This document shows, piece after piece, positions 37,822 to 45,975 of a stretch of DNA of 64,000 bases. The notes beneath the pieces were generated by a model. That model was not told the DNA's origin. It searched no databases and saw nothing but the letters and a program-made list of their open reading frames with translations. Source of the DNA: Planctomycetota bacterium (GTDB lineage: Bacteria; Planctomycetota; Brocadiia; JAADGH01); assembly GCA_040755855.1 (NCBI GenBank), contig JBFMAD010000008.1, positions 32,001-96,000 on the forward strand, written 5' to 3'. Both the position numbers and the translations under genes were made by a program. Numbering within the stretch: position 1 is the first letter of the stretch; each line of letters starts with the position of its first letter.

Positions 37822-38547
37822 TCAGAAGTCCTGCGGAGCGCCGCCGCCCGGGCCGCCGGGACCCTGCGGGCCACGGCCCTGGCCGGGACCGACCATGGCC
37901 TTGGCCTCTTCCTGGCTGATGAAGCCGTCCTTATCCGCATCGAGCCGGTCGAACATCTGCTCCGGCCCGCGGAATTCCTCCTTGGAGATCTTGCCGTCGC
38001 CGTCGGCGTCCATCCGCTTCAGCATCTCGCCGCGATCGCGCTGTCCACCCCCAGGCCCGCCCTGGCCCTGTCCCGGACCTTGGCCTTGCCCCGGCCCTTG
38101 CCCCTGACCCTGGCCCTGGCCCTGGCCCGGCCCGAAGCCGCCGCCGCGCTGTCCCGGCCCGCCCATACCCGGCATAAAGGGCGCTTCCTTCGCCTCTTTG
38201 AACTTCTGCATCTGCTCGGGGGTGAGGATCCCGGCGAGGTCCGTCTCGAACTCCTGCTGGATTGTCTTCATCTTCTCAGAGAGTTTTGCCATGGCCTCGT
38301 CGAACTTGGCCTTCTGCTCCTCGGTAAGCTCCTGGGAGACAGACTTCATGCCGCGCATGGTCTTGAAAATCTCGCCTATGCCTTCCATGCCGGGGCCGGG
38401 GCGCATCCCCTGCCCGCCGCGACGGCCGCCGCCGGGGCCAAGCTGCCCACCCCCACCTTCGGGTGGAGGCGGAGGGGGAACATCCTGCGCCAACACCACC
38501 CCCGCAACAATCAATCCTACCACCGACATCGCCAAGAGCCTCTTCAT
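37822..38547 (-). CDS. secreted Spy/CpxP-like (LTxxQ) protein with EF-hands and a GQ-rich linker
   Basis: Signal peptide; LTEEQ and LTPEQ; DADGDGKISKEE and DADKDGFISQEE. Confidence 0.8.
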   Translation of the reverse strand: MKRLLAMSVVGLIVAGVVLAQDVPPPPPPEGGGGQLGPGGGRRGGQGMRPGPGMEGIGEIFKTMRGMKSVSQELTEEQKAKFDEAMAKLSEKMKTIQQEFETDLAGILTPEQMQKFKEAKEAPFMPGMGGPGQRGGGFGPGQGQGQGQGQGPGQGQGPGQGQGGPGGGQRDRGEMLKRMDADGDGKISKEEFRGPEQMFDRLDADKDGFISQEEAKAMVGPGQGRGPQGPGGPGGGAPQDF

Positions 38548-38605
38548 TCTACCTTCCTCCTTCCTGTCCGTAATTTGACCTAAACCGAGTTTCTCATCCA
38601 CGCAA

Positions 38606-38640
38606 TAACCTCCCGGAGGTCTGGAACCTCCGGGAGGTTG
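38606..38640. repeat. REP-like palindrome (AACCTCC family), copy 2
   Basis: 33/35 identical to 13782-13816; both differences are at the loop. Confidence 0.85.
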
Positions 38641-38645
38641 TTCTT

Positions 38646-39302
38646 CTACTCCTGCGCGGGGGGCTGCCCGCCGCGCATTCCTCTGCCGTGCCGCATCATG
38701 CCTGGGCCCATCTGGGGCATGGATTCCTTCGCCTTCTTGTACTCCTCCATCTGATTGACCGTGAGGATGCCGCTGAGCTCGGCTTCGAGGTCCTCCTGCA
38801 TCTTCTTGACGACCCGCTCCCGGACCTCGTTGAGCTTGGTCTTTTGTTCCTCGCTCAACTGGCCCTCAATGCTCCCCAGGGCGCGGAGCGTCTTCGCCAC
38901 TTCAACCATCTGCGCGGGATATTGCCCGCGGGGGCCGCCCTCTCCCATGCCGGGACCGCCTTGGCCCATTGGGGCTTCCTTCTCCTTCTTGTATTTCTCC
39001 AGTTGCTCGGCGGTCAGGACGCCGCCGAGATCGGTCTCGAACTCCTCACACGCCTTCTTCATCTTCTCGGTCATCTTTCCCTGGGCCTCGGCAAGCTTGG
39101 CCTTCTGCTCCTCGGTCAGCCCGTCGGCCACGCTCCGCAGGGCGCGGAAGGTGGTGAACGCGCCCATCATCGGCATGGCCCCGCCCATCCTCCGTCCTTC
39201 GGGTCCTTGCCCGCCCGGTCGCGGCGGGGGGGCCTCCTGCGCCAGGGCGGTCCCCGCCGCCAGCGCCATCGCCGCCATCATCATTCCCAATCGGTTTCTC
39301 AT
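38646..39302 (-). CDS. secreted Spy/CpxP-like protein with two LTxxQ modules
   Basis: Signal peptide; LTEEQ...LTAEQ and LSEEQ...LTVNQ. Confidence 0.75.
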   Translation of the reverse strand: MRNRLGMMMAAMALAAGTALAQEAPPPRPGGQGPEGRRMGGAMPMMGAFTTFRALRSVADGLTEEQKAKLAEAQGKMTEKMKKACEEFETDLGGVLTAEQLEKYKKEKEAPMGQGGPGMGEGGPRGQYPAQMVEVAKTLRALGSIEGQLSEEQKTKLNEVRERVVKKMQEDLEAELSGILTVNQMEEYKKAKESMPQMGPGMMRHGRGMRGGQPPAQE

Positions 39303-39342
39303 TGTCGAATCCTCCTTGAATCAAGAACCTGTTGCCATTCGT

Positions 39343-40242
39343 TTATTCTCTGTCGGGCGGCCGCGGCTCGCCGGGCATGGGCGGATGCCATCTCGGTCTC
39401 GGTCCCATGGGGTCGCCCATGCCGGGGGGCGGCCCGGCCTCCTTCTCAGTTTGGAACCTCTTCATCTGCTCCTCGGTCAGAATCCCCGCCAAGTCGCCCT
39501 CGAAGGCGGCCAGGGCGTCAGAGATCGGCTTCATGGCGTCGTGGACCTTGGCCTTCTGGTCCTCATCGAGGTCCGGCATCACCTTCCTTAGCCCTCTCAT
39601 CGTCTTGAAGAGAGGAACGGACTCCGGCATGGGGGCGAACGGCCCGGGCCCGAACTCGCGCCCGCCCCACGGCCCTCGCCCGCCGAATTCCTTAAGCACG
39701 GACTCCCGGGCCTTGGCGCGCTCCTCCTCGTTCAGTTGGCCGTCGCCGTCGGCGTCGAACCGTTCCAACGGCTTGCCCTGCATCCAGGGGGGATGGTGCG
39801 GCCGTCGCCAGTGGTGTTTCTCCTGCTGCTCAATCCTCTCGGCCGCCTGTCTGCGCTGCTCGGGGGTCAGCGTTTCCATGAACTCCTTGTAATGCTTCAG
39901 CGAGGCCTCGCGGTAGGCGCGGTATAGTTCGGGAAGCTCACCTTGAAGGGTTCGGACGCGCTCGGGGTCGGGGGAGGGGCTGCTCAGCTCGGCGGTGAGG
40001 CTCTCGCGCGTCATGCGGATAGCCTCTTGCAGTTTAGCGCCATCGTCCTGGCTCTTCTTGTAGAGCGCGGCGAATTTTTCGCGCTGCGCCGGATCGAGCG
40101 CCAGGTCATCCGCGACCACCTCCGTCACCTTCTCCGCGGTGGCCAGGGTTTCGGGAGTGGATCGGGAGACGAGATAGCCCACGACAAACGCCACATTGAA
40201 GACCAGGGAGACGAGCAGCACAACGGAGGCGAGCATCTTCAT
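39343..40242 (-). CDS. membrane-anchored Spy/CpxP/heavy-metal-sensor-like protein with an EF-hand
   Basis: SLVFNVAFVVG anchor; LALDPAQ, LTPEQR, DADGDGQLNEEE and LTEEQ; ATGA overlap with the anti-sigma gene. Confidence 0.8.
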   Translation of the reverse strand: MKMLASVVLLVSLVFNVAFVVGYLVSRSTPETLATAEKVTEVVADDLALDPAQREKFAALYKKSQDDGAKLQEAIRMTRESLTAELSSPSPDPERVRTLQGELPELYRAYREASLKHYKEFMETLTPEQRRQAAERIEQQEKHHWRRPHHPPWMQGKPLERFDADGDGQLNEEERAKARESVLKEFGGRGPWGGREFGPGPFAPMPESVPLFKTMRGLRKVMPDLDEDQKAKVHDAMKPISDALAAFEGDLAGILTEEQMKRFQTEKEAGPPPGMGDPMGPRPRWHPPMPGEPRPPDRE

Positions 40243-40754
40243 CGCTGCACCTCCTCATCCTGCGCGGCCAGTATCTCGAAGACGTTGTCCCCGGTTACGT
40301 CCTGCCCGGCGTCGAGGGCCACGAGATCGAAGGTGATCGCCGACGTCAGCCTCTCCTCCGCCTGGCGACGGTTCTGATAGACCGATGAGCCGGCGAGCAG
40401 CCCCGCCAGGCCGATGAGGATCGAGGCGGCCACGGCGGCCGTCCATCGCGCCACGGCGAGCCACCGCCTCTCGCGGAGCGGGGCGAGCGCCTTTGCGCGG
40501 TCGAGGACCGCCTTCGGGGCGACCATGGCCGGCGCAGCGAGCAGGTCGCGGATCTCGATCACCACCTTTCGACATTCGGGGCAGTCGGCCAGGTGAGCCT
40601 CGATCCGCTCGGTCTCGGCCTCGTCGGTATGACCGTCCATGTAGGCCGCCAGGTCGGTCAGGGTCGGGCAGCCCGGCTCGGCCGGTCGGTCCCGATGGAA
40701 CCGGGCCACGAGTTTCCGTTCTTCCGCGCTGATGGAGTCGTTTGCGTTCATCAC
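40239..40754 (-). CDS. zinc-finger (zf-HC2) anti-sigma factor
   Basis: C....LAAYMDG.......IEAHLADCPEC followed by a TM helix. Confidence 0.85.
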   Translation of the reverse strand: MMNANDSISAEERKLVARFHRDRPAEPGCPTLTDLAAYMDGHTDEAETERIEAHLADCPECRKVVIEIRDLLAAPAMVAPKAVLDRAKALAPLRERRWLAVARWTAAVAASILIGLAGLLAGSSVYQNRRQAEERLTSAITFDLVALDAGQDVTGDNVFEILAAQDEEVQR

Positions 40755-40779
40755 ATGCCTCTTGTCATCTATCCTGCTT

Positions 40780-40807
40780 TACGAGGAACCAGTCCGAAAC
40801 ATCCCCG
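40780..40807 (-). promoter_or_regulatory. candidate ECF sigma promoter, copy 1
   Basis: CGGGGATG-N16-CGTA directly after the sigma stop; same motif at 45081-45108. Confidence 0.65.
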
Positions 40808-40814
40808 TCGAAAA

Positions 40815-41366
40815 TTACTTGCTGCCGAAAAACTCCCGGAGTTTGGCAATGGCCTTGTGTTTTGCGCTGCGTACGGTTTGTTGTTCCACGCCCATCACCT
40901 CGGCCGCCTGGGCCACCGACAGATCGTCATTGAACAGGAGCCTAAGGACGAGACGCTGCCGGGGGGAGAGAAGGCCCTCTGGGATTTCGACATCCGGCGC
41001 GTCGCTCTCCTCGCCGGCCGCCGCCAGAGCCTCCGCGCGCTCATCCTCCAGAGGCAGGATAGGGCGTTGCTTGCGGAGGTGGTCAATCGCCGTGCTCCGG
41101 GCCACCATGGTCAGCCAGGTGGTGATGGAAGATCGGGCGGGATCATAGGAACGCAGAAGCCGAAAATCCGACTTGACGAGGCGGACGAAGACCTCCTGAA
41201 CCGCGTCGTGCACAAGGTCGGTCTCATGGTCGGGCATATAGCGACGGAACGTCCGCTGCACGGCGGCAAAGAGGACAGAGGCGTAGCGCTCGACGAAGGC
41301 GTCCCACGCGCGCTTGTCGCCGCTCAGACATGCAGTCAGGTCCATCCTCTGCGCCAAGGGGTTCAC
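40815..41366 (-). CDS. ECF RNA polymerase sigma factor
   Basis: GDKRAWDAFV.RY, DAVQEVF, TWL..VAR..AIDHLR, LSPRQR and region 4 HTH; GTGA overlap with the upstream gene. Confidence 0.92.
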   Translation of the reverse strand: MNPLAQRMDLTACLSGDKRAWDAFVERYASVLFAAVQRTFRRYMPDHETDLVHDAVQEVFVRLVKSDFRLLRSYDPARSSITTWLTMVARSTAIDHLRKQRPILPLEDERAEALAAAGEESDAPDVEIPEGLLSPRQRLVLRLLFNDDLSVAQAAEVMGVEQQTVRSAKHKAIAKLREFFGSK

Positions 41367-42514
41367 TCAACGCGGATTTCGATGAGGAGACGGTTGTTGT
41401 AGGGATCAATCTCAAGCACCTTGCCCCAAATTCGACGGCGTTCGGCGATGTAGTCGGCGTATTCGGCCTGCTTGTTGATCGGCAGCTCGCCGACGCGCTT
41501 CCCGGCCCTGGCCACGATGATATTGAACGCCTCCCCCTCGTCCAGGCGCGTAATGGTGAGCGGGTCGCCGACATTGAGAGTAAGGAGACCTTCCTTGGAG
41601 GTTCGCTCGACCACGACTTCCTCCGTCACCGGCTTTCGCTTCGCCCTTTCCTCCTCGGCGCGGCGTCTGGCCTCCTCTTGCTTGGCTGCGGCGGCGGGGC
41701 CCGCCTTCTGCGCCGCCTGCCTCCTCTGCGCGGCGCGCTCGGCCACGCGACGCATGAATTCCTGCCGCTGCGCGCGGTGGGTTGAATCGCTCCTCTGGAG
41801 TCGAGCCAGCGACCGTTCCTTTCTCTCATCGGGGGTCCGGCTTCTACCTCGTCCCCCGCCCGGTCCTCCCCCTGGGCCGCCGCCGGGGCCCCTCTGTTCT
41901 CCGGCTTGGGCGGCGGTCGCCTGCCCCTGGGGGCGTCCCTGCTGGTCCGGCCGGTTGCCGCTCGCGGCCCGCTCCTGGCGCCACTGCTCCATGCGTTCCA
42001 TTCGGTCCACGATCTGGTCCACCTCTGCGGCCTGCTCCTCGGGCGCTTTCTCGAAGAATTCCTCCATTCGCTTCTCTTCTTCCTCGCGGGAGCGCTGGAA
42101 CATCGGCTCCATGATCTGCCGGCGCTCCTCGGGCTGGAGCTTCTCCATGGCGTCTCGCATCCCGGAGCGTCGCTCAGGTTCCCCCTGCCCTTGGCCCTGT
42201 CTCTGCCCCTGGCCTTGGCCTTGTCCAGGTCCCTGCCCTTCCTCTCGCCGGGGGCCGGGGCCGAAGCCGGGACCGCGGCCGCCCATGAATCCCCCTCCCG
42301 GGGTCAGGCTTCCGGCCATGTCGCGCAGATGCTCGATGGCCTCCTCCCGTTCCCGGCCCTGAAGGGCCCCGAAGTCAAAACTCTCCATCTCTTGAGAGAA
42401 TTCCTCCCGTGACACGGGGGCGTTCGGTGTGTCTTTCGGGGCGGTGAGGATGTAGGCCGCCAGCGCGATCAGGATCGCAATGCCCCCGCCGATGAGCAGC
42501 TTCTTATTGGGCAT
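41363..42514 (-). CDS. membrane-anchored hypothetical protein, helical and low-complexity, with a HIRAN-like C-terminal beta domain
   Basis: N-terminal TM helix; G/Q/R-rich linkers; L.VGD.L...RL.......I.V...G..VGELP pattern. Confidence 0.65.
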   Translation of the reverse strand: MPNKKLLIGGGIAILIALAAYILTAPKDTPNAPVSREEFSQEMESFDFGALQGREREEAIEHLRDMAGSLTPGGGFMGGRGPGFGPGPRREEGQGPGQGQGQGQRQGQGQGEPERRSGMRDAMEKLQPEERRQIMEPMFQRSREEEEKRMEEFFEKAPEEQAAEVDQIVDRMERMEQWRQERAASGNRPDQQGRPQGQATAAQAGEQRGPGGGPGGGPGGGRGRSRTPDERKERSLARLQRSDSTHRAQRQEFMRRVAERAAQRRQAAQKAGPAAAAKQEEARRRAEEERAKRKPVTEEVVVERTSKEGLLTLNVGDPLTITRLDEGEAFNIIVARAGKRVGELPINKQAEYADYIAERRRIWGKVLEIDPYNNRLLIEIRVE

Positions 42515-42535
42515 CTCACTCCTCCGATCCAAACG

Positions 42536-43090
42536 CTAAAACGTCTCGACATGGCCGTCGCCGAAGACGGCGTTCTTGCTGTGGCCGCTGTCCTTCCGGC
42601 CGTGGAAGCACTCGTAGTCGTAGAAGGCCGGGGTGTTGGGCGGGTCCATTGTCTGTTGCCTCCGCTGTCCGAAGGGGAGCATATCGTCGGCGAGCCGTCC
42701 GTAGGCCGTGACGTTGAACTCGTAACTCGATCCGTCCTTCTCGAAGAACTCCATCTTGTCGAGGGGGCACCGAAAGACCGCCCTTCCCGTGTACGACTCA
42801 AGCACATCGGCGATGGACGGAAGGTCGTTGAGGCCCAGTGACGGACGGTTCGTGACCATCGGCTTCTTGCCGCGGTTGTCGCTGGTGTATATTTTGTACC
42901 CCTCAAAGATTCGACGCAGGTTGTTCTTGCACTGCGCGTCCCTGCCGGCCTTGCGGACACGGGCAATCACCGGCGTCAATAGGCCGAGCACAACCGCGAT
43001 GATCCCGAGGGTCACCATCAGCTCCGTCAGCGTCATCCCCGCGGAGCGCCGGTTTGCGCTCAGGCGTGCTGTCATTGCATCAACTCTCAT
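42536..43090 (-). CDS. prepilin-type protein with an H-X9-DG-like C-terminus
   Basis: AG|MTLTELMVTLGII; C.NNLR; FRCP.D; H...NAVFGDGHV; ATGA overlap with the GT39 gene. Confidence 0.85.
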   Translation of the reverse strand: MRVDAMTARLSANRRSAGMTLTELMVTLGIIAVVLGLLTPVIARVRKAGRDAQCKNNLRRIFEGYKIYTSDNRGKKPMVTNRPSLGLNDLPSIADVLESYTGRAVFRCPLDKMEFFEKDGSSYEFNVTAYGRLADDMLPFGQRRQQTMDPPNTPAFYDYECFHGRKDSGHSKNAVFGDGHVETF

Positions 43091-45039
43091 GGCTTCTTCA
43101 CGGCGTCCTTGGGCCGATAGGACCATTCCGCGATGATCATCTCCTTTGCCTCCAGGAGCGAACTCATCCGGCCCATCGGACCGCCCATGGGTCCGCCCAT
43201 GCCGCGGCGACGATCGCCGAATGGACCGAACGGCGGGCGCATGTCGCCGCCCGGCGGACCGAAGCCGGGACCGCCTGGGGGCATGGGGAATCCGCCGCCC
43301 GGAGGGCCTATCCCGTCCGGTCCGCCCGGAGGTCCTGGGGGGCCGTCGCCCCGACGGGGCCGTCGGAACCCGCCCCCCATCATCCCATCGGGTTCGGGCC
43401 TGGGGGGCGCCTCGGGGAGGGGAATCCGAGCCATCACCTTGAACGCCTTGTTATTGAACCACAGCCCCTGCATCTCGCCGAGTTCTTTTTCTGTTCCAAG
43501 GTAATAGACCTTGCCGTTCCCCGCCCACTGATGCAGGCTGTGGGCGATCTCGTATTCCTGATCCCAGGGGTCCATGCCCCGGTACTTCTCCGCCCGCATC
43601 TTCTCCTTTTCCAACTGCATCGGCATCGGGCGGTCCTCGTCCTCCTGTCGGGCGAGGAAGCGGTCGGACCCCGGCACAGGCCGCAAGGCCCTCATGTCCG
43701 CCAGGCGCCAGTGGCGGACAAAATCCAGGTGTTGCTGGATGCCCTGGTCGGCGATGAGCACGTCGCCGTGGCGGACTTCCTTCTCCAGTCCGTCGGTGAT
43801 GCGGGCCAGCACCCGCTTCTGGTGGCTCAGGCGCACGAGTTTCTCGCCGGCGTCGGACATGCCCCAGACGAGGTTGAGCGCCAGGACCACGGCCATGACG
43901 GTGACGCGGAGGGCGGCGGATGAGCCTTGCATCGCCCGCGACAGAAGCCACAACCCCGCGGCGATATAGCACATATAGGTGGGGAGCAGAAAGCGCATCG
44001 TCCCGTCGGGCATGCGCGAAGACCCCCAGTAGTAGGCCATGTAGAGCAGCGTGGATGGAACGACCAACAGGATCAGGAACACGCCCACCCGCCGGACGCG
44101 GGGGATGAAACACATCATCGTCATGCCCGCGACGCCAAGCCCGAAGAAAAGCCCCACGCCGCCGCTGTTGAGGTTCTGGATATAGCCGGCGAAGTGGCCC
44201 GTGAAATAATCCCAGCCGAATCCGGTCTGTTCGTTGGTCAGCGCGTAGGCCGTTCGGTAGAACGCGCCGAAGGCAAGTTGGTTGCGGATGAGGAGAGGCA
44301 CGATCGGGATCGCCGCCCCCAGGACGGCGACCAGGTAGTGCAGCCAGATACGCCCGTGCGAACGGATGTGCCAGAGGAGAAAGACGCCGATGCCGAGGGC
44401 GAACAGGGCCTCGGGGTATCGGATCGTCGGGATGCACCCCAGCGCCAGCCCCGCGAGAAAGACCTCCCACAGCCTGCCGTTCTCCGACCAGCGCAGGAGG
44501 AGCCACACGCCCCAGACGAGGCAGAACGCGACGGCCATGTGGGCGTCGCAGGCGATGGCGTGCTGGTTAAGCATCGGGTTCACTGCCAGGGCCAAGACCC
44601 CCGCCACGCCCCACCACGGGCCGACCAGTCGCCGGACCAATAGAAACAGACCGAGCAGCGACAGTGTGGCCAGGACGGGATTGATGAGGATGCTGGCCGT
44701 GTAGCCGAGGAGCCAATAGACGAGGCCGACCACGACGGCGAGGCCGGGGGGATAGCGGCTGAAGTACTTCCCTGAGTCGGTGACGAGCCAGTGCATGCCG
44801 ATGTACTGCGCGTCGGACTCGGGCTTGAACCACGTGCGCCCGGTGGTGAAGAGGAGACTCCCCTGGGCCCAATAGCCGTTGGCGTCGGGCGAGCAGATGG
44901 CCGGTGCGAAGGCGCCCATAAGGAAGATGAAGTGGAGGATCAAGAGCGCGACCATCGCGGCCCACGGGAGGAATCGGAGGGCCGATGGCTTCCGAATCGG
45001 CAAGGTCTCGACGACGGTTTTGGCGAGAGGGTCAATCAT
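43087..45039 (-). CDS. GT-C / GT39 (PMT/ArnT-like) integral membrane glycosyltransferase
   Basis: PDANGY acidic first loop, SRYPPG, many TM helices, RFLLP; Pro/Gly-rich tail. Confidence 0.7.
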   Translation of the reverse strand: MIDPLAKTVVETLPIRKPSALRFLPWAAMVALLILHFIFLMGAFAPAICSPDANGYWAQGSLLFTTGRTWFKPESDAQYIGMHWLVTDSGKYFSRYPPGLAVVVGLVYWLLGYTASILINPVLATLSLLGLFLLVRRLVGPWWGVAGVLALAVNPMLNQHAIACDAHMAVAFCLVWGVWLLLRWSENGRLWEVFLAGLALGCIPTIRYPEALFALGIGVFLLWHIRSHGRIWLHYLVAVLGAAIPIVPLLIRNQLAFGAFYRTAYALTNEQTGFGWDYFTGHFAGYIQNLNSGGVGLFFGLGVAGMTMMCFIPRVRRVGVFLILLVVPSTLLYMAYYWGSSRMPDGTMRFLLPTYMCYIAAGLWLLSRAMQGSSAALRVTVMAVVLALNLVWGMSDAGEKLVRLSHQKRVLARITDGLEKEVRHGDVLIADQGIQQHLDFVRHWRLADMRALRPVPGSDRFLARQEDEDRPMPMQLEKEKMRAEKYRGMDPWDQEYEIAHSLHQWAGNGKVYYLGTEKELGEMQGLWFNNKAFKVMARIPLPEAPPRPEPDGMMGGGFRRPRRGDGPPGPPGGPDGIGPPGGGFPMPPGGPGFGPPGGDMRPPFGPFGDRRRGMGGPMGGPMGRMSSLLEAKEMIIAEWSYRPKDAVKKP

Positions 45040-45080
45040 AGGGATACGTCCTGTAAATAAAATACGGGTCCATTCTGTGA

Positions 45081-45108
45081 TACGCAGGCCATCGCCCGAT
45101 CATCCCCG
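45081..45108 (-). promoter_or_regulatory. candidate ECF sigma promoter, copy 2 (operon head)
   Basis: CGGGGATG-N16-CGTA, 41 bp upstream of the GT39 ATG. Confidence 0.65.
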
Positions 45109-45129
45109 CTGCCTTCCACGGTTATCGGC

Positions 45130-45198
45130 ATTGTAGAACGGCGCGAAAAAGGGGTCAATAGATTTTCCCTTGTTGAACATCACTGTTGGTGATAGAAT
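45130..45198. promoter_or_regulatory. divergent sigma70-like promoters
   Basis: Minus strand TTGACC-17-TACAAT (45158-45130); plus strand TTGTTG-17-TAGAAT with TGn extension (45170-45198). Confidence 0.6.
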
Positions 45199-45234
45199 TA
45201 TTCTCCCGGATCATAAGATGCACTGGGAGGCGTT

Positions 45235-45975
45235 TTGAAGGTCACAAACCTGTCCAAGACTTACCGAACCGGCACGTCTGAAGTGCTTGCACTGGAATCG
45301 GTTACGTTCGCCGTGGCAGAGGGGGAGTTCTTGGCCATCATGGGCGCGTCCGGATCGGGCAAGAGCACGCTGCTCCATCTCATCGGCGCCCTGGACACGC
45401 CGAGCGGCGGAGAGGTCGAAATTGACGGCGTTTGTCTCTCCGGTCTTCCTGATCGCGAACTGACGCGCATCCGCCGCGAGAAGATCGGCTTCATCTTCCA
45501 GTTCTTCAATCTTATCCCCACCCTGAGCGCGCGGGAGAACGTGGCCCTGCCCCTCATGATCGCGCGCAAAGACGGGAAGGATGGGCGGAAGCGAGTGGAC
45601 GATCTGCTGGACTTGGTGCACCTGGCCGACCGGGCCGATCACCGCCCCGACGAGCTTAGCGGCGGCGAGCAGCAGCGCGTGGCGATCGCCCGCTCGCTGG
45701 TGATGGACCCTGCCATCATCCTGGCCGATGAGCCGACGGGGAATTTGGACTCGCACAACGCCGACGAAATCTATGCCCTCCTGCGAAGACTGTCCGACGA
45801 ACTGTCCCGAACGGTGGTGATGGTCACTCACGACGGCGCCGGCGCCGTTTACGCGGATCGGGTGCTGTTCCTGAAGGATGGGAAGATCGTCGGCGAGGAG
45901 ACGATAGGGAAAGGCGCGAATGCGGCATCTGTGGCATCTGCCTATGAGAAACTTGCTCACCCGCAAGGCCCGTAG
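45235..45975 (+). CDS. ABC transporter ATP-binding protein (MacB/LolD-like)
   Basis: [36 protein letters not shown] and VTHD motifs. Confidence 0.95.
   Translation: MKVTNLSKTYRTGTSEVLALESVTFAVAEGEFLAIMGASGSGKSTLLHLIGALDTPSGGEVEIDGVCLSGLPDRELTRIRREKIGFIFQFFNLIPTLSARENVALPLMIARKDGKDGRKRVDDLLDLVHLADRADHRPDELSGGEQQRVAIARSLVMDPAIILADEPTGNLDSHNADEIYALLRRLSDELSRTVVMVTHDGAGAVYADRVLFLKDGKIVGEETIGKGANAASVASAYEKLAHPQGP

Noticed and set aside
38050..38130. Hexamer-like tandem repeats (also 42180-42240)
   Set aside because: They encode Gly-Gln/Gly-Pro linkers; not CRISPR or an independent repeat.
45920..45975. 56-bp overlap of ABC ATPase and permease as a possible frameshift
   Set aside because: Both proteins look complete, and the permease N-terminus (M..LW.L..RNL) is typical of the family.
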